From an uncultured Acidimicrobiia bacterium (lineage in GTDB: Bacteria > Actinomycetota > Acidimicrobiia > IMCC26256 > CAWATG01): 64,000 nt of DNA. Under the pieces are notes generated by a model. That model saw nothing but the letters and a program-made list of their open reading frames with translations. It was not told the origin of the DNA and ran no database searches. The position numbers and the translations under genes were made by a program. Position 1 is the first letter of the stretch; the number at the start of each line of letters is the position of its first letter. Of this stretch, positions 47,129-56,725 are shown one piece after another. The DNA lies in contig CAWATG010000001.1 of assembly GCA_963785035.1 (NCBI GenBank), positions 22,744 to 86,743 of the forward strand, in the 5' to 3' direction.

Positions 47129-47821
47129 ACGCGAATCCGGTGGTACTGGGAATTGCCTGGGGGGTCTTCCCAGCACTGCTCCTGCAACGGGTCGCTGCGC
47201 GGCGCGTGACCTTGCAACGCGCTCGTGGACTCGGTCCACAGTTCATGCAGCCAGTAGCCGGCGCAACTGTGAAAGCTCAGAGTATGACGGTGCGGATACG
47301 TGTTACATGCGCCCGCGCCCTGGGGCCAGTGGATCGCGTCTGATTCGGACTGGCGGCGTCGGCGTGCCCTGGCGAGGGAGCATCGAGCAATCGAGGCCGA
47401 ATTGCCCGTCTACGTGGAGCTGCTCGGCGTGGGTTTCGGTGCAGGTTGCGTGCCGTTCACCGCGCTGGCTCTGTCTGCACCGTGGGCACCTCCGACCCTC
47501 GCGCCCTACGTCACGCGGGTGTTGGAGCGTTGCGCGTTGGGAGCGGCGTTTGCCGAGGCCCTCGACCCATTCAAAAATGGGGCGTCACCGTTGTTCCCCG
47601 TCGCCAACGCCCTCTTGGTGACCGAGCGCACGGGTGCGCCGGTAGGTCCTGCACTTGAACGCCTCGCGATCGAAACGCGCGCTGTCAACCGCCGCCGTGC
47701 TGAGGTCCATGCCCGCACGATACCGGTGCGCCTGCTGTTTCCCCTCGTGTTCCTGGTCCTACCGGCGTTTGCCAGCCTCACGGTCGTTCCCGTGCTGTTG
47801 ACGGGCTTTGCCGACTCGTGA
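47125..47821 (+). CDS. TadC-like type II secretion system F-domain membrane protein, frame-disrupted as assembled
   Basis: The ATGA start overlaps the tadB stop and gives the TM N-terminus MNANPVVLGIAWGVFPALLL. The T2SSF core (LPVYVELLGVGFGAGCVP ... TGAPVGPALERLAIETR) is in ORF 47300-47821, a different frame. The 697-nt span is not a multiple of 3. Confidence 0.6.
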
Positions 47822-47881
47822 GCCGCGCCGCCATTTCCCCGTGTCATTTCCCCGTGTCGCACCATGACCAGGAGGTCACCC

Positions 47882-48091
47882 ATGTCAATCCTGTTCCTTC
47901 TGCACAAGTACTTCGCGTCCAAGTTTCAGTCCGTGAAACGGCTGCGTTCGGATTTCGGTCAGACGACTGCTGAGTACGCACTGGTCATTCTCGGTGCCTG
48001 CGCGTTCGCGACCCTGCTCATCACCTGGGCAACGAAGAGCCACGCGGTCGGGAAGCTGTTCGACGAGGTAGTCGGCAAGATCCTGCCGTGA
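47882..48091 (+). CDS. Flp-like / DUF4244-type prepilin-like small protein
   Basis: G-QTTAEYALVILGACAFATLLI resembles the Flp G/xxxEY processing motif plus a hydrophobic helix. An AGGAGG SD lies 7 nt upstream of the ATG at 47882 (ORF open from 47864). Confidence 0.6.
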   Translation: MSILFLLHKYFASKFQSVKRLRSDFGQTTAEYALVILGACAFATLLITWATKSHAVGKLFDEVVGKILP

Positions 48092-48471
48092 AACGCACGC
48101 CGGTGCACCTCACTGCGCAACGCGACCGTGGGCAGTCCACGGTTGAGTTCGCCTTGCTGTTACCAATGCTGGTGTTCGTGTTGCTCGCGATATTTCAGGT
48201 TGCGATCGTGGCGCGGGACCAGATTGCAGTCGCACATGCGGCACGTGTGGCAGCGCGACACGCCAGTGTCGATCCAGACAGGTCACGCGCCGGTCATGCT
48301 GCGCGTGAGGTGCTTGCCGGTGTCGATGTCACGGTGCGCGGAGCATCGGGCGTCGGCTCATTGCTCACGGTGGTGGCCGAGTACCACGAACGGACGTCAC
48401 TACCACTGGTGGGGACCTTATTCCCGGACCCGATCTTGCGATCGAAGGTCGTCATTCGGTCCGAACAATGA
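48088..48471 (+). CDS. TadE-family pilus/secretion pseudopilin-like protein
   Basis: The N-terminus RGQSTVEFALLLPMLVFVLLAIFQVAIV is typical of TadE. A GTGA overlap couples it to the flp-like gene. Confidence 0.7.
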   Translation: MKRTPVHLTAQRDRGQSTVEFALLLPMLVFVLLAIFQVAIVARDQIAVAHAARVAARHASVDPDRSRAGHAAREVLAGVDVTVRGASGVGSLLTVVAEYHERTSLPLVGTLFPDPILRSKVVIRSEQ

Positions 48472-48881
48472 CGCGTGAACGCCGATCGAGGGCCGGTTGC
48501 AACGAAGCCGAACACAAGGGCCCGTTTTGGCGTGACCAGGGGAGTGTCGCGATCGTGATGTTGGCGGTTGTCGTGGTTGGCTGCATGTTCGCCCTTGGCG
48601 CTGCACGCTTGGGCCGAGCGGCGACGACCCAAGCGATGGTCGACGCGGCGGCTGACGCTGCGGCACTTGCAGCAGCCGATGCACTGGCGATGGGGCGCGG
48701 TGGTGACGCGGCGCAGGCTGCGGCAGCCGATATCGCCTCGGCGAACGGAACGCGGTTGCTCTCCTGCCAATGCGAAGGCGCCCATGCCGAGGTCGAGGTC
48801 GAGTTTCGCCGGAGCGTTGAGGGCCGCCGCGTGAGGGGGCGCGCCCGTGCAGAGGTCCTGCTGTTGCCAGGCGAGCGTTAG
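48468..48881 (+). CDS. helicase/secretion-neighbourhood TadE-like protein (Rv3654c-like)
   Basis: DQGSVAIVMLAVVVVGCMFALGAA is followed by an Ala-rich region. It is ATGA-coupled to the preceding gene and is the last gene before the convergent helicase. Confidence 0.5.
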   Translation: MTRERRSRAGCNEAEHKGPFWRDQGSVAIVMLAVVVVGCMFALGAARLGRAATTQAMVDAAADAAALAAADALAMGRGGDAAQAAAADIASANGTRLLSCQCEGAHAEVEVEFRRSVEGRRVRGRARAEVLLLPGER

Positions 48882-51181
48882 TCGGCGAGAAGGCTGAGCA
48901 ACACAATCGCCGCGTGTTTGTCAAGGTATTCGTTCCAGTTGCCGCACTTCGGCGACTGGACACACGACGGGCATCCGGAGCTGCATGGGCAGGAGCGAAG
49001 AAGTTCCAATGTCGCAGCAATGTGGCGTTCGAGTGCCGCGAAAGCAAGCTCGGCGATGCCTGCTCCTCCGGGATATCCGTCATAGACGAAGATCGTTGGT
49101 TCACCGGTTTGGGGATGTGCTGCCATGGAGACGCCACCGACATCCCAGCGATCACAGATCGTAAAGAGGGGCAGCAGGCCGATGAGCCCATGTTCAGCGG
49201 CGTGCACTGCACCCAGCACCTGAGCGCCGGCGACGCCGTGGAAGGCGAGCGTCTCTGACGGGATCGTGTACCAGCACGCGCGCGTCGGAAGTGATCGGGG
49301 AGGGAGGTCGAGATCACATGACTCGATCACCTCGTTCGTTGAGGCTCGCTTCCTTTGGTATGCGACCAGCCGGCTTGTTACCTCGACGGCGCCGAGGTCC
49401 GCGAAGCCACGGCCTTTGGCTACGCGAGTTTCGGTGTTGACGATGGTGAGGGCTGTTTCTTCGCGCGGCTGTGTGTACTCGTCGTCGTCAGTTTCGTTGA
49501 GAAACGCAATTCGTTGCACAACGTCGAGCCGATCGACGCGAAATTGTCGGCCCTGATGAAGATAAATCGCTCCGGGGTGCGCAACGTGTCCGACACGCGC
49601 GCCGTCCACGGTGCCGATCAGTCGTTCATCGGCTTGATCGAGGAGTTGAAACTCCTCAGATGTTCCTGTTCGTAGTCCAACACCTGGTGCGGGAGCAGTT
49701 GCACCAGCCCAAACCATGCGGCCGCGTCGAGCAACGAGGAGATCGTCGAGTACCAGTTCACGCACGACGTCATCGATCGCTTCGCCGAAGTAGTCGACAT
49801 CACTGGGCGTCAACGGCAGCTCGTGGGCGGCACAACTGATTTGGGGTCGCATCACATACGGATTCGATGGGTTGATCACCGCCGGCTCTGCTGCTCGATC
49901 GAACAGTGCTGTCGGATGCCGGACATACCACTGATCGAGTTGGTCATCGCCGGCGATGAGTACGCCCGCAGAACGGCGCCCCGATCGCCCTGCCCTTCCG
50001 ATTTGTTGGCGCAGCGATGCCAACGTCCCCGGGAAGCCATTGACAATGACGGCGTCGAGGGTCCCGACGTCGATACCAAGCTCGAGAGCATTGGTTGCGG
50101 CGACGCCGAGGAGCTCCCCGTTCGCGAGTGCAGCTTCAAGTGCTCGGCGTTCTTCGCCCAGGTAACCGGCGCGGTATGCGCTCACGCGTGAGGCGAGGGT
50201 AGGGGTGTCATTGGCAAGGACCTGTTTCGCAAGGGAAGCCACGAGTTCAGCACTCTTGCGACTGCGAGTGAATGCCAGCGTTTGCTGCTCTGCGCGCACG
50301 AAGCGGCTCAGAATTGTTGCAGTCTCAGCATTCGCCGATGCCCTTGCTCCAGCGTGTACGTCGAGGAGCGGCCGTTGCCAAACGCCGAAGCAACGTTCAC
50401 CCTGGGGCGCTCCGTCGTCGTCGATCGGATAGACGTCGAGCCCACAAAGACCTGATGCAAGCTCCGCGGGGTTACCGATGGTTGCGCTCGCAAAAAAGAA
50501 TGTCGGTGACGATCCGTAGTGTGCGCAGACGCGGCGAAGGCGCCGGAGGAGGTGTGCAACATGGCTCCCGAAGATCCCGCGCAACGTGTGGAGTTCGTCG
50601 ATCACGACATAGCGAAGTCGCAAGAAGAAGTCGGACCAGCGTTGGTGCATGGGGAGCATTCCCATATGCAGCATCTCGGGATTGGTGAGCACGACGTTGC
50701 CATGTTTCCGAGCCCACTGTCGATCATCGGGCGGTGTATCACCGTCGTAGGTCACGGCTCTCAGGCCCGAGACCAGCCACGACCGCATCGAACGAAGCTG
50801 ATCGTGTGCCAGTGCCTTTGTGGGAAAGATCAAGAGCGCGGTGTCACGCGTACCTCCGATCACCGATTCCAATATCGGGATCTGATAACACAGCGACTTT
50901 CCTGACGCGGTGCCGGTCGTGACCACGACGTGCTGGCCGACGCGTAGGCGATCGATGGCATCGGCCTGGTGCGTGAAGAACGAATGGATCTTGCGGGCGG
51001 CGAGACGCTCTGCCAACTCCGGATGCAATGGGTCGCGCAGCTCTGCGGTTCGCGCTTCGCGCGCCGGCGTCGAGGTTTGGTACACGAGACGGTCGGACAG
51101 AGCAAAGTCGCTGTCAAGCGCCCCCAACACAGTGCAAGCGTCCATCTCTTCGACCGTAGCGGGTGCTCGCAACAGCGCCAA
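48878..51181 (-). CDS. DEAD/DEAH-box helicase with C-terminal DUF1998 (MrfA/YprA-like) zinc domain
   Basis: Motif I TGTASGKS, the DExH box VVIDELH and motif VI QQIGRAGRSG. The C-terminus has CPCSSGCPSCVQSPKCGNWN. Confidence 0.85.
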   Translation of the reverse strand: MALLRAPATVEEMDACTVLGALDSDFALSDRLVYQTSTPAREARTAELRDPLHPELAERLAARKIHSFFTHQADAIDRLRVGQHVVVTTGTASGKSLCYQIPILESVIGGTRDTALLIFPTKALAHDQLRSMRSWLVSGLRAVTYDGDTPPDDRQWARKHGNVVLTNPEMLHMGMLPMHQRWSDFFLRLRYVVIDELHTLRGIFGSHVAHLLRRLRRVCAHYGSSPTFFFASATIGNPAELASGLCGLDVYPIDDDGAPQGERCFGVWQRPLLDVHAGARASANAETATILSRFVRAEQQTLAFTRSRKSAELVASLAKQVLANDTPTLASRVSAYRAGYLGEERRALEAALANGELLGVAATNALELGIDVGTLDAVIVNGFPGTLASLRQQIGRAGRSGRRSAGVLIAGDDQLDQWYVRHPTALFDRAAEPAVINPSNPYVMRPQISCAAHELPLTPSDVDYFGEAIDDVVRELVLDDLLVARRGRMVWAGATAPAPGVGLRTGTSEEFQLLDQADERLIGTVDGARVGHVAHPGAIYLHQGRQFRVDRLDVVQRIAFLNETDDDEYTQPREETALTIVNTETRVAKGRGFADLGAVEVTSRLVAYQRKRASTNEVIESCDLDLPPRSLPTRACWYTIPSETLAFHGVAGAQVLGAVHAAEHGLIGLLPLFTICDRWDVGGVSMAAHPQTGEPTIFVYDGYPGGAGIAELAFAALERHIAATLELLRSCPCSSGCPSCVQSPKCGNWNEYLDKHAAIVLLSLLAD

Positions 51182-51199
51182 TCGTCGTACAGCTCAGGA

Positions 51200-52135
51200 C
51201 TAGTGGTTTTGCAGCACGGCGTCGTCGCGGAAGTCGGCCAGGAAGCCCGCGATATCTGAACTTGGCGCAAGGCTCGAGCCGCTCCCTGCGCCCATCGGTA
51301 ACAGCACGCTGCGCACGACCGCCGGGTTGATGTCGAGGGCTGTTCGCCCCAACTCATAGAGGTCACGCAGGCCGATTCCTTCGACTTCTGTGTGGCGTCC
51401 CAGAATCGCGAGACCCTCGATGGTTCCGGTCGCTCCCGTGTGCTGCGCCCGGAACTTCGCAAGTGCCGAAATGAGCAGCGTCGCTTGATTCATCGTGCGT
51501 GAGTAGTCGCCGTTCGCGAATGTGTGGCGATCCCTTGAGAACGCCAGCGCCTGGTGTCCATTCATGTGGACTATGCCCGGATCGAAGTTGCTGCCCGAGA
51601 ACTTGTCGTGCATCGGTCGCAGCACGGGTACATCAACGCCGCCGACGGCGTCGACCAGGCCGACGAAACCGGCGAAGTTGGTCATCACCGCGTAGCGCAA
51701 ATCGATGCCCATGAGAGCGCCGATTGCTTGTGCTGCCAGCTTCGGTCCACCGAGCGCGGTGGTGGCGTTGACCTTGTTGCGTTGGCGCCCAGGAATGGCG
51801 ATTGTTGTGTCACGTGGAATATTGACGATGGTCGCCTGAGCAGTCTTCGGATTGACACCGACGACGTGGACGCCGTCCGCTCTTCCGCCTTCGACGCCAG
51901 GCCGGTAGTCGCTTCCCAGTACGAGCACAAAGAACGGTGCGGAGGGTTCGTTACGATGGGATGCCGACCCATAGGTGACGCTCGACGTGTTGGTCACGCT
52001 GAACCATGTCGTTCCCGCCGCACCCGGAATGTGCCAGCCGTTCAACCATGCGGTGACGAGCGCGCCAAAGGTCAGGATTGCAGCCAGAGGAAGGGCCGCG
52101 ACGGCCACGAGGACACGACGTGTACGGGTGCTCAT
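51200..52135 (-). CDS. LytR-CpsA-Psr (LCP) family cell-envelope phosphotransferase
   Basis: An N-terminal TM helix, then VLGSDYRPG...RADGVHVVGVNP, IPRDT, and VMTNFAGFVGLVDAVGGVDV. Confidence 0.85.
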   Translation of the reverse strand: MSTRTRRVLVAVAALPLAAILTFGALVTAWLNGWHIPGAAGTTWFSVTNTSSVTYGSASHRNEPSAPFFVLVLGSDYRPGVEGGRADGVHVVGVNPKTAQATIVNIPRDTTIAIPGRQRNKVNATTALGGPKLAAQAIGALMGIDLRYAVMTNFAGFVGLVDAVGGVDVPVLRPMHDKFSGSNFDPGIVHMNGHQALAFSRDRHTFANGDYSRTMNQATLLISALAKFRAQHTGATGTIEGLAILGRHTEVEGIGLRDLYELGRTALDINPAVVRSVLLPMGAGSGSSLAPSSDIAGFLADFRDDAVLQNH

Positions 52136-52803
52136 CGCGCGACTCGCGTTGGCGAAGCTGCGCGTTTCGGGGTGCGCGGCAGGCCAGGTCCGGCTCGGTG
52201 GACGGTGAGGTCGAAGCCGGTGATCTTCCAGTTGCCTGTTGGGTCGGGAGCGAAGACGAAGCTGCCGCTCCGTTTGAGCTCGACCTGTTTGGTTTTGACG
52301 ACGGCTGAAAGTTCGATGGCGATGTCGACCGATGCCAGAACGAACGTGCCGGACTGATCGGCAAGGCTGGTTATCGAAGCCGTGAGGGTCTTTCCGGTCA
52401 CGGTTGTCGCCGTACCGATCGCTCCATCCAAAAGGATGTCCAACTCTGCGGGTTCGAGTTTGGTGAACACGGCAGGCTCGAAAATGTTGGATATGTCAGG
52501 GGTCTTGGCGCTGAGGAGCGAGGCGACGATTCCCTTGTCGGTATAGGCCTGGATCGCGGCGAGGATCTGGGTACGTGCAGCGTCGGGCAGCGGGACCTCA
52601 GCGGGTCCAGCACTTGCGGTCCGGGAATTGGTGAGCTGTACCGTCGTTCCGGTGACCCTGACGGGTTTTGCAGTGGATACCGCGCCGTTCGAACGTGGCT
52701 TGGCGTCGTCACCGCAAGCCGTGACGCCGGCGGCGATCGCGATACCGAGAGCGCACGCTCGAAGGAACGGGGGACGGTTCACACGACAGAACAAGAGGGG
52801 CAT
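52132..52803 (-). CDS. hypothetical lipoprotein
   Basis: A signal peptide with a lipobox-like IAAGVTAC. It is ATGA-coupled to the LCP gene. I recognise no family. Confidence 0.45.
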   Translation of the reverse strand: MPLLFCRVNRPPFLRACALGIAIAAGVTACGDDAKPRSNGAVSTAKPVRVTGTTVQLTNSRTASAGPAEVPLPDAARTQILAAIQAYTDKGIVASLLSAKTPDISNIFEPAVFTKLEPAELDILLDGAIGTATTVTGKTLTASITSLADQSGTFVLASVDIAIELSAVVKTKQVELKRSGSFVFAPDPTGNWKITGFDLTVHRAGPGLPRTPKRAASPTRVAR

Positions 52804-52821
52804 CGCTCTTGGCGTGGCGAC

Positions 52822-53484
52822 TCAGGATCCCGTGAGAAGACTGCGGACGGCGTCTTCTGAAGCAGGCGTCACCAAGGCGAGCACCTCATCGCCCGGCTGG
52901 AAGGTTGTGTCGCCTCGAGCCATGACGACGTGCTCATCGCGTACGACCGCGACAAAGGTTGCGTCCAAGGGGATCTCGATGTCGCGGATGGCCTTGCCGC
53001 TCACGGGAGTGTCGTCGGCCAACGTGACTTCGACGAGGCGAACTGCCCCGCCTTCGAGTTGGAAGAGGCGCACGAGCCGGCCGACACTGACAGCTTCGTC
53101 GACGAGCGCAGTGATCAGATGTGGTGTCGAAACCGATAGGTCGACTCCCCAGGTTTCGTTGAAGAGCCAGTGGTTCTTCGGGTGGTTGACCCGAGCGATG
53201 ACGCGTGGAACGGCGAACTCCTGCTTTGCGAGTAAGGAGACGACCAGGTTGTCCTCGTCGTCACCGGTTGCCGCAACGACGACGTCGCATCGGTCGAGAC
53301 CGGCTTCTTTGAGCGAGGAGACTTCGCAGGCATCGCCTACGAAGACTTCGAGGTTGTCCCGACGCGTGATCTTGTCCGCCGTTGACGGTGTCTGTTCGAT
53401 CAACAGCACGGTGTGGCCGTTCTCGACAAGCTCGTTGGCGATGAAGGCGCCGACGTTTCCTGCACCCGCGATGGCAACGCGCAT
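52822..53484 (-). CDS. trkA: TrkA-family K+ transport NAD-binding protein (CeoC-like)
   Basis: RCK N-domain MRVAIAGAGNVGAFIANEL followed by the RCK C-domain. Confidence 0.85.
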   Translation of the reverse strand: MRVAIAGAGNVGAFIANELVENGHTVLLIEQTPSTADKITRRDNLEVFVGDACEVSSLKEAGLDRCDVVVAATGDDEDNLVVSLLAKQEFAVPRVIARVNHPKNHWLFNETWGVDLSVSTPHLITALVDEAVSVGRLVRLFQLEGGAVRLVEVTLADDTPVSGKAIRDIEIPLDATFVAVVRDEHVVMARGDTTFQPGDEVLALVTPASEDAVRSLLTGS

Positions 53485-54155
53485 CAGTGACCCCCAGTGG
53501 TATGTGGTGGTTCGGCAAGGCGTTGATCGAGTGCGGGCAGGGATGCGTTGTCCGTGACGAAATGCAACACGTCGCCTTCCTGTCCGACCAGGGTCTGGTC
53601 GAACACCCGCGCTGATCCAAGTCGGGTGACCGCGGCGAGCAGGAAGGTGCCCGGCAGCTGAAGGTCCGCGAGTCGCTTCCCTGCCCAGACGCTCGGGAGC
53701 CCACGTTCGACCAGGGCGACCTTGCCACTTGCGTCGACCCAGTCCGCCGCATGCTCATCGGGTAGGAGACGTCGCACGACCTGGTCGGTGGTCCACGAAA
53801 CGGTGGCGACGGTAGGAATCCCGAGCCGCTGGTAGATCACGGCTCGGCGTGGGTCGTAGATCCGCGCCACGACGCGCTCGAGGCCAAAGGTCTCCCGCGC
53901 AACTCTGGCCGACATGATGTTGGAGTTGTCGCCGCTCGTGACCGCAGCGAAGGCGCCGGCGCGCTCGATGCCCGCCGCGATGAGCGTGTCGCGGTCGAAG
54001 CCAAATCCTTCGATGGTCGTGCCGGCAAACGACTTGGGGAGGCGGCGGAAGGCCTCAGGGCGCTTGTCGACAATTGCCACCGTGTGTCCGAGCCGCTCCA
54101 AGAGCTCGACGAGCTCACTTCCGACCCGCCCACAACCGACGACGACTACGTGCAT
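53484..54155 (-). CDS. trkA: TrkA-family K+ transport NAD-binding protein (CeoB-like)
   Basis: MHVVVVGCGRVGSELVELL followed by the RCK C-domain. Its stop overlaps the start of the downstream trkA by 1 nt. Confidence 0.85.
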   Translation of the reverse strand: MHVVVVGCGRVGSELVELLERLGHTVAIVDKRPEAFRRLPKSFAGTTIEGFGFDRDTLIAAGIERAGAFAAVTSGDNSNIMSARVARETFGLERVVARIYDPRRAVIYQRLGIPTVATVSWTTDQVVRRLLPDEHAADWVDASGKVALVERGLPSVWAGKRLADLQLPGTFLLAAVTRLGSARVFDQTLVGQEGDVLHFVTDNASLPALDQRLAEPPHTTGGH

Positions 54156-54303
54156 GCTGCTCCTCAAAGCGTGGCCGACTCGGAGCGTGGGGCTTCAACC
54201 GGCGACGTGTCCGACCCGAATGGGCAGAAGCACTCGACAGTACCTGATGCCTGTTGGCTGTTCCGATCGAGAGAGGCGCGCTGGCTGTGCTGAACTAGCG
54301 CCC

Positions 54304-56277
54304 ATGACTGCAGTGTCGAGCAAGCCTGGACCGAAGCCCATTCCGCCTGCTTCGGCTGTTGTGCTGAGCGAGCCTCTTGGCTACCGGATGAAACGCAAGA
54401 TCCTGGGTCCGCCGCTCTCGACCGATCAGCTCGAACATGAGCGTCTCGGGATCCCGACGGCCCTCGCGGTGTTCTCGTCGGACTGCATATCGTCGTCGGC
54501 GTACGCGACCGAAGAGATCCTGCGGGTCCTGATCGTCTCGGTCGGACTTGCGGCATTTTCGTTGGTGCTCGGACTGACAACGGCGATGCTCGTGGTGCTC
54601 TTCTTCTTGATCCTCTCGTACCGAGAGACCATCAAGGAGTACCCCACCGCTGGTGGCGCGTACATGGTGACTCGGGACAACTTCGGGATGTTCCCGGCGC
54701 AAATCGCCGGTGTTTCGCTGCTCTTGGACTACGTCCTGACCGTCGCGGTCTCGATTGCAGCCGGGACGGCCGCGCTCGTTTCAGCCTTTCCTTCTCTCGG
54801 GAACTACAGCGTGCCGATCGCGTTGTTCTTCATCGCACTTGTTGCGTTTGGCAATCTCAAAGGCGTTCGTGAGTCCGGTGTCGTATTCGCCGTTCCGACC
54901 TACTGCTTCATAGCGCTCATGTTGTTACTGATCATTGTGGGCATCGTCAAAGGTAGTTCGCTGTCGCCTCCGATCGACCCATTCAAGGAGGGCATGATTC
55001 ACCGCCCGGACGGTCCCGTGGTCGGCGGTCTGATTCAGGGAGCGTCCCTTGGCGTTCTTCTCCATGCATTCGCTGTTTCGGGCACCGCCGTCACCGGGGT
55101 GGAGGCCATTTCCAATGGCGTGACCGCGTTCAAGAAGCCGGAATGGCTGAACGCGCGCCGCACGCTTGTGGCGATGGGCGGAATTTTGGGCGTCTTGTTC
55201 TTCGGCCTCTCGTGGCTCTCGACGAAGGTTCATCCGATTCCGTATGAAGAGGGATATCCCACGGTGATCTCGCAGATCGGCAAGGAGGTGTTCGGTGGTG
55301 GATTTTTCTTTTACGCGCTCCAGGCCGGAACGATGCTGATCCTCGTCCTTGCTGCCAATACTGCATTTGCAGACTTCCCTCGGCTCGCTTCCTTTCAAGC
55401 GGGTGACGCGTTCATGCCGCGCCAGCTCACCAAACGTGGACATCGGCTCGTGTTCTCGAACGGGATCTTGATGCTCGCCGGCTCTGCTGCGGTATTGATC
55501 ATCGGGACGAGCGCCAAGGTCGAACGAATAATTCCGTTGTATGCGATCGGCGTGTTCACGTCCTTCACGCTGTCCCAAGCAGGCATGGCCAAGCATCACC
55601 TTCGGAAGAAGGAGGCGGGTTGGCGGAAGGGCATCTTCATCAACGGATTCGGTGGGATCCTGTCGTTCGTCGTGCTCCTCATCTTCATCCGCTTCAAGTT
55701 CACCGAAGGCGCGTGGTTGATCATCGCGCTGGTGCCGATCCTCGTCGCTTTGCTGTACCGAATGAATCGGCAATATCAGACCGAGGCGCGGCAGTTGGAG
55801 GATGAGGCCAAGGCCGCAATCGGGGCACCGATCTTGCGCCGACACGTCGTGTTGGTGTTCGTCGACAGCTTGGATCAGAGTGCGGCACGAGCCATTCAGT
55901 ACGCACGCACGCTGATGCCGAACGAACTGCGCGCAGTTCACATTGCGGTTGATCGTCAAAAGGCAGAGCGACTTGCCACGGAATGGCGACAGCTGGGGCT
56001 TTCACGTGTTGCCCTGGAGCTCGTCGATTGTCCGACCCGGCGCGTCGACCGCTCTGCCTTGGAGATCGTCGCAGCGGAAACCTCGGACGGCAGCACCGAG
56101 GTGACGGTCCTCCTGCCCACGACGGTGCACAATCGTTTCTGGCATCGCATCCTCCACGATCGCACGGCCGACCAGATCGCAAGCGCTGTCGGTCAGCTGC
56201 CGCATGCGAACGTGACCACCGTGCCGTTTCATCTGGCGCAGGTCGCCCGAAGTTCCGACCAAACGCTCATTCCGTGA
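54304..56277 (+). CDS. APC-superfamily permease with C-terminal cytoplasmic domain
   Basis: About 12 TM segments (FSSDCISSSAYATEEIL, AGGAYMVTRDNFG) and a soluble tail of about 170 aa. It is divergent from the trkA pair, as in other Actinobacteria. The ORF upstream of 54304 is antisense to trkA. Confidence 0.75.
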   Translation: MTAVSSKPGPKPIPPASAVVLSEPLGYRMKRKILGPPLSTDQLEHERLGIPTALAVFSSDCISSSAYATEEILRVLIVSVGLAAFSLVLGLTTAMLVVLFFLILSYRETIKEYPTAGGAYMVTRDNFGMFPAQIAGVSLLLDYVLTVAVSIAAGTAALVSAFPSLGNYSVPIALFFIALVAFGNLKGVRESGVVFAVPTYCFIALMLLLIIVGIVKGSSLSPPIDPFKEGMIHRPDGPVVGGLIQGASLGVLLHAFAVSGTAVTGVEAISNGVTAFKKPEWLNARRTLVAMGGILGVLFFGLSWLSTKVHPIPYEEGYPTVISQIGKEVFGGGFFFYALQAGTMLILVLAANTAFADFPRLASFQAGDAFMPRQLTKRGHRLVFSNGILMLAGSAAVLIIGTSAKVERIIPLYAIGVFTSFTLSQAGMAKHHLRKKEAGWRKGIFINGFGGILSFVVLLIFIRFKFTEGAWLIIALVPILVALLYRMNRQYQTEARQLEDEAKAAIGAPILRRHVVLVFVDSLDQSAARAIQYARTLMPNELRAVHIAVDRQKAERLATEWRQLGLSRVALELVDCPTRRVDRSALEIVAAETSDGSTEVTVLLPTTVHNRFWHRILHDRTADQIASAVGQLPHANVTTVPFHLAQVARSSDQTLIP

Positions 56278-56552
56278 GATCCCTTATCCCCATCGGGGAC
56301 GCGACCTGGCGCACGCCGGTGCGCATTCGGGGCCGCGTCCGATCGTTGCGCGTCCAGCCGTGGGCCGACGTTGCGACGCTCGAGGCAGTCGTCGTCGACG
56401 AGTCCGGCGGATTGTTACTCGTTTTCCTCGGTCGTCGCGCCGTCGCCGGGGTCGAATTGGGCCGCGAACTCCTTGCTGAGGGCATGGTCGGCGAGCAACG
56501 CGGGTACCTCGCGATTCTCAATCCGGAGATCGAACTCATCGCCCAGGCCTGA
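56274..56552 (+). CDS. OB-fold domain small protein
   Basis: A GTGA overlap couples it to the permease stop. 92 aa with VRIRGRVRSLRVQPWADVATLEAVVVDESGGLLLVFLGRR, which resembles the OB-fold nucleic-acid-binding-like family found next to these permeases. Confidence 0.5.
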   Translation: MRSLIPIGDATWRTPVRIRGRVRSLRVQPWADVATLEAVVVDESGGLLLVFLGRRAVAGVELGRELLAEGMVGEQRGYLAILNPEIELIAQA

Positions 56553-56725
56553 TTCCGCAACGTTCGACTCCGTCAAGATTGGACACCTCGCGCGACCTCA
56601 TCTAGCGTTCGCCGGCGCTCACTTTGTGCGCAGCGGGGGTCCATGCCGTCTCCGCGTCCACGTTCTGTTGGCACGTCCCGGGTGTTCCGGAGACATGCTT
56701 CACTTCACAAGGAGCCACAGCGTCG

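Noticed and set aside
54168-54303. Possible ydaO-type (c-di-AMP) riboswitch upstream of the permease next to the K+ transport genes
   Set aside because: Only loose resemblance exists (GAGCGTGGGG, CCGACCCGAA). The segment is too short for the roughly 130-nt pseudo-symmetric fold once promoters are accommodated, and I could not build the paired helices by eye. An Infernal scan would settle it.
54925-55959. 344-aa minus-strand ORF
   Set aside because: It is antisense to the APC permease. The same reasoning applies to 57800-58801 (antisense to hppA), 62225-63115 (antisense to the MFS gene), and 17824-18723 and 18684-19784 (antisense to ask and asd).
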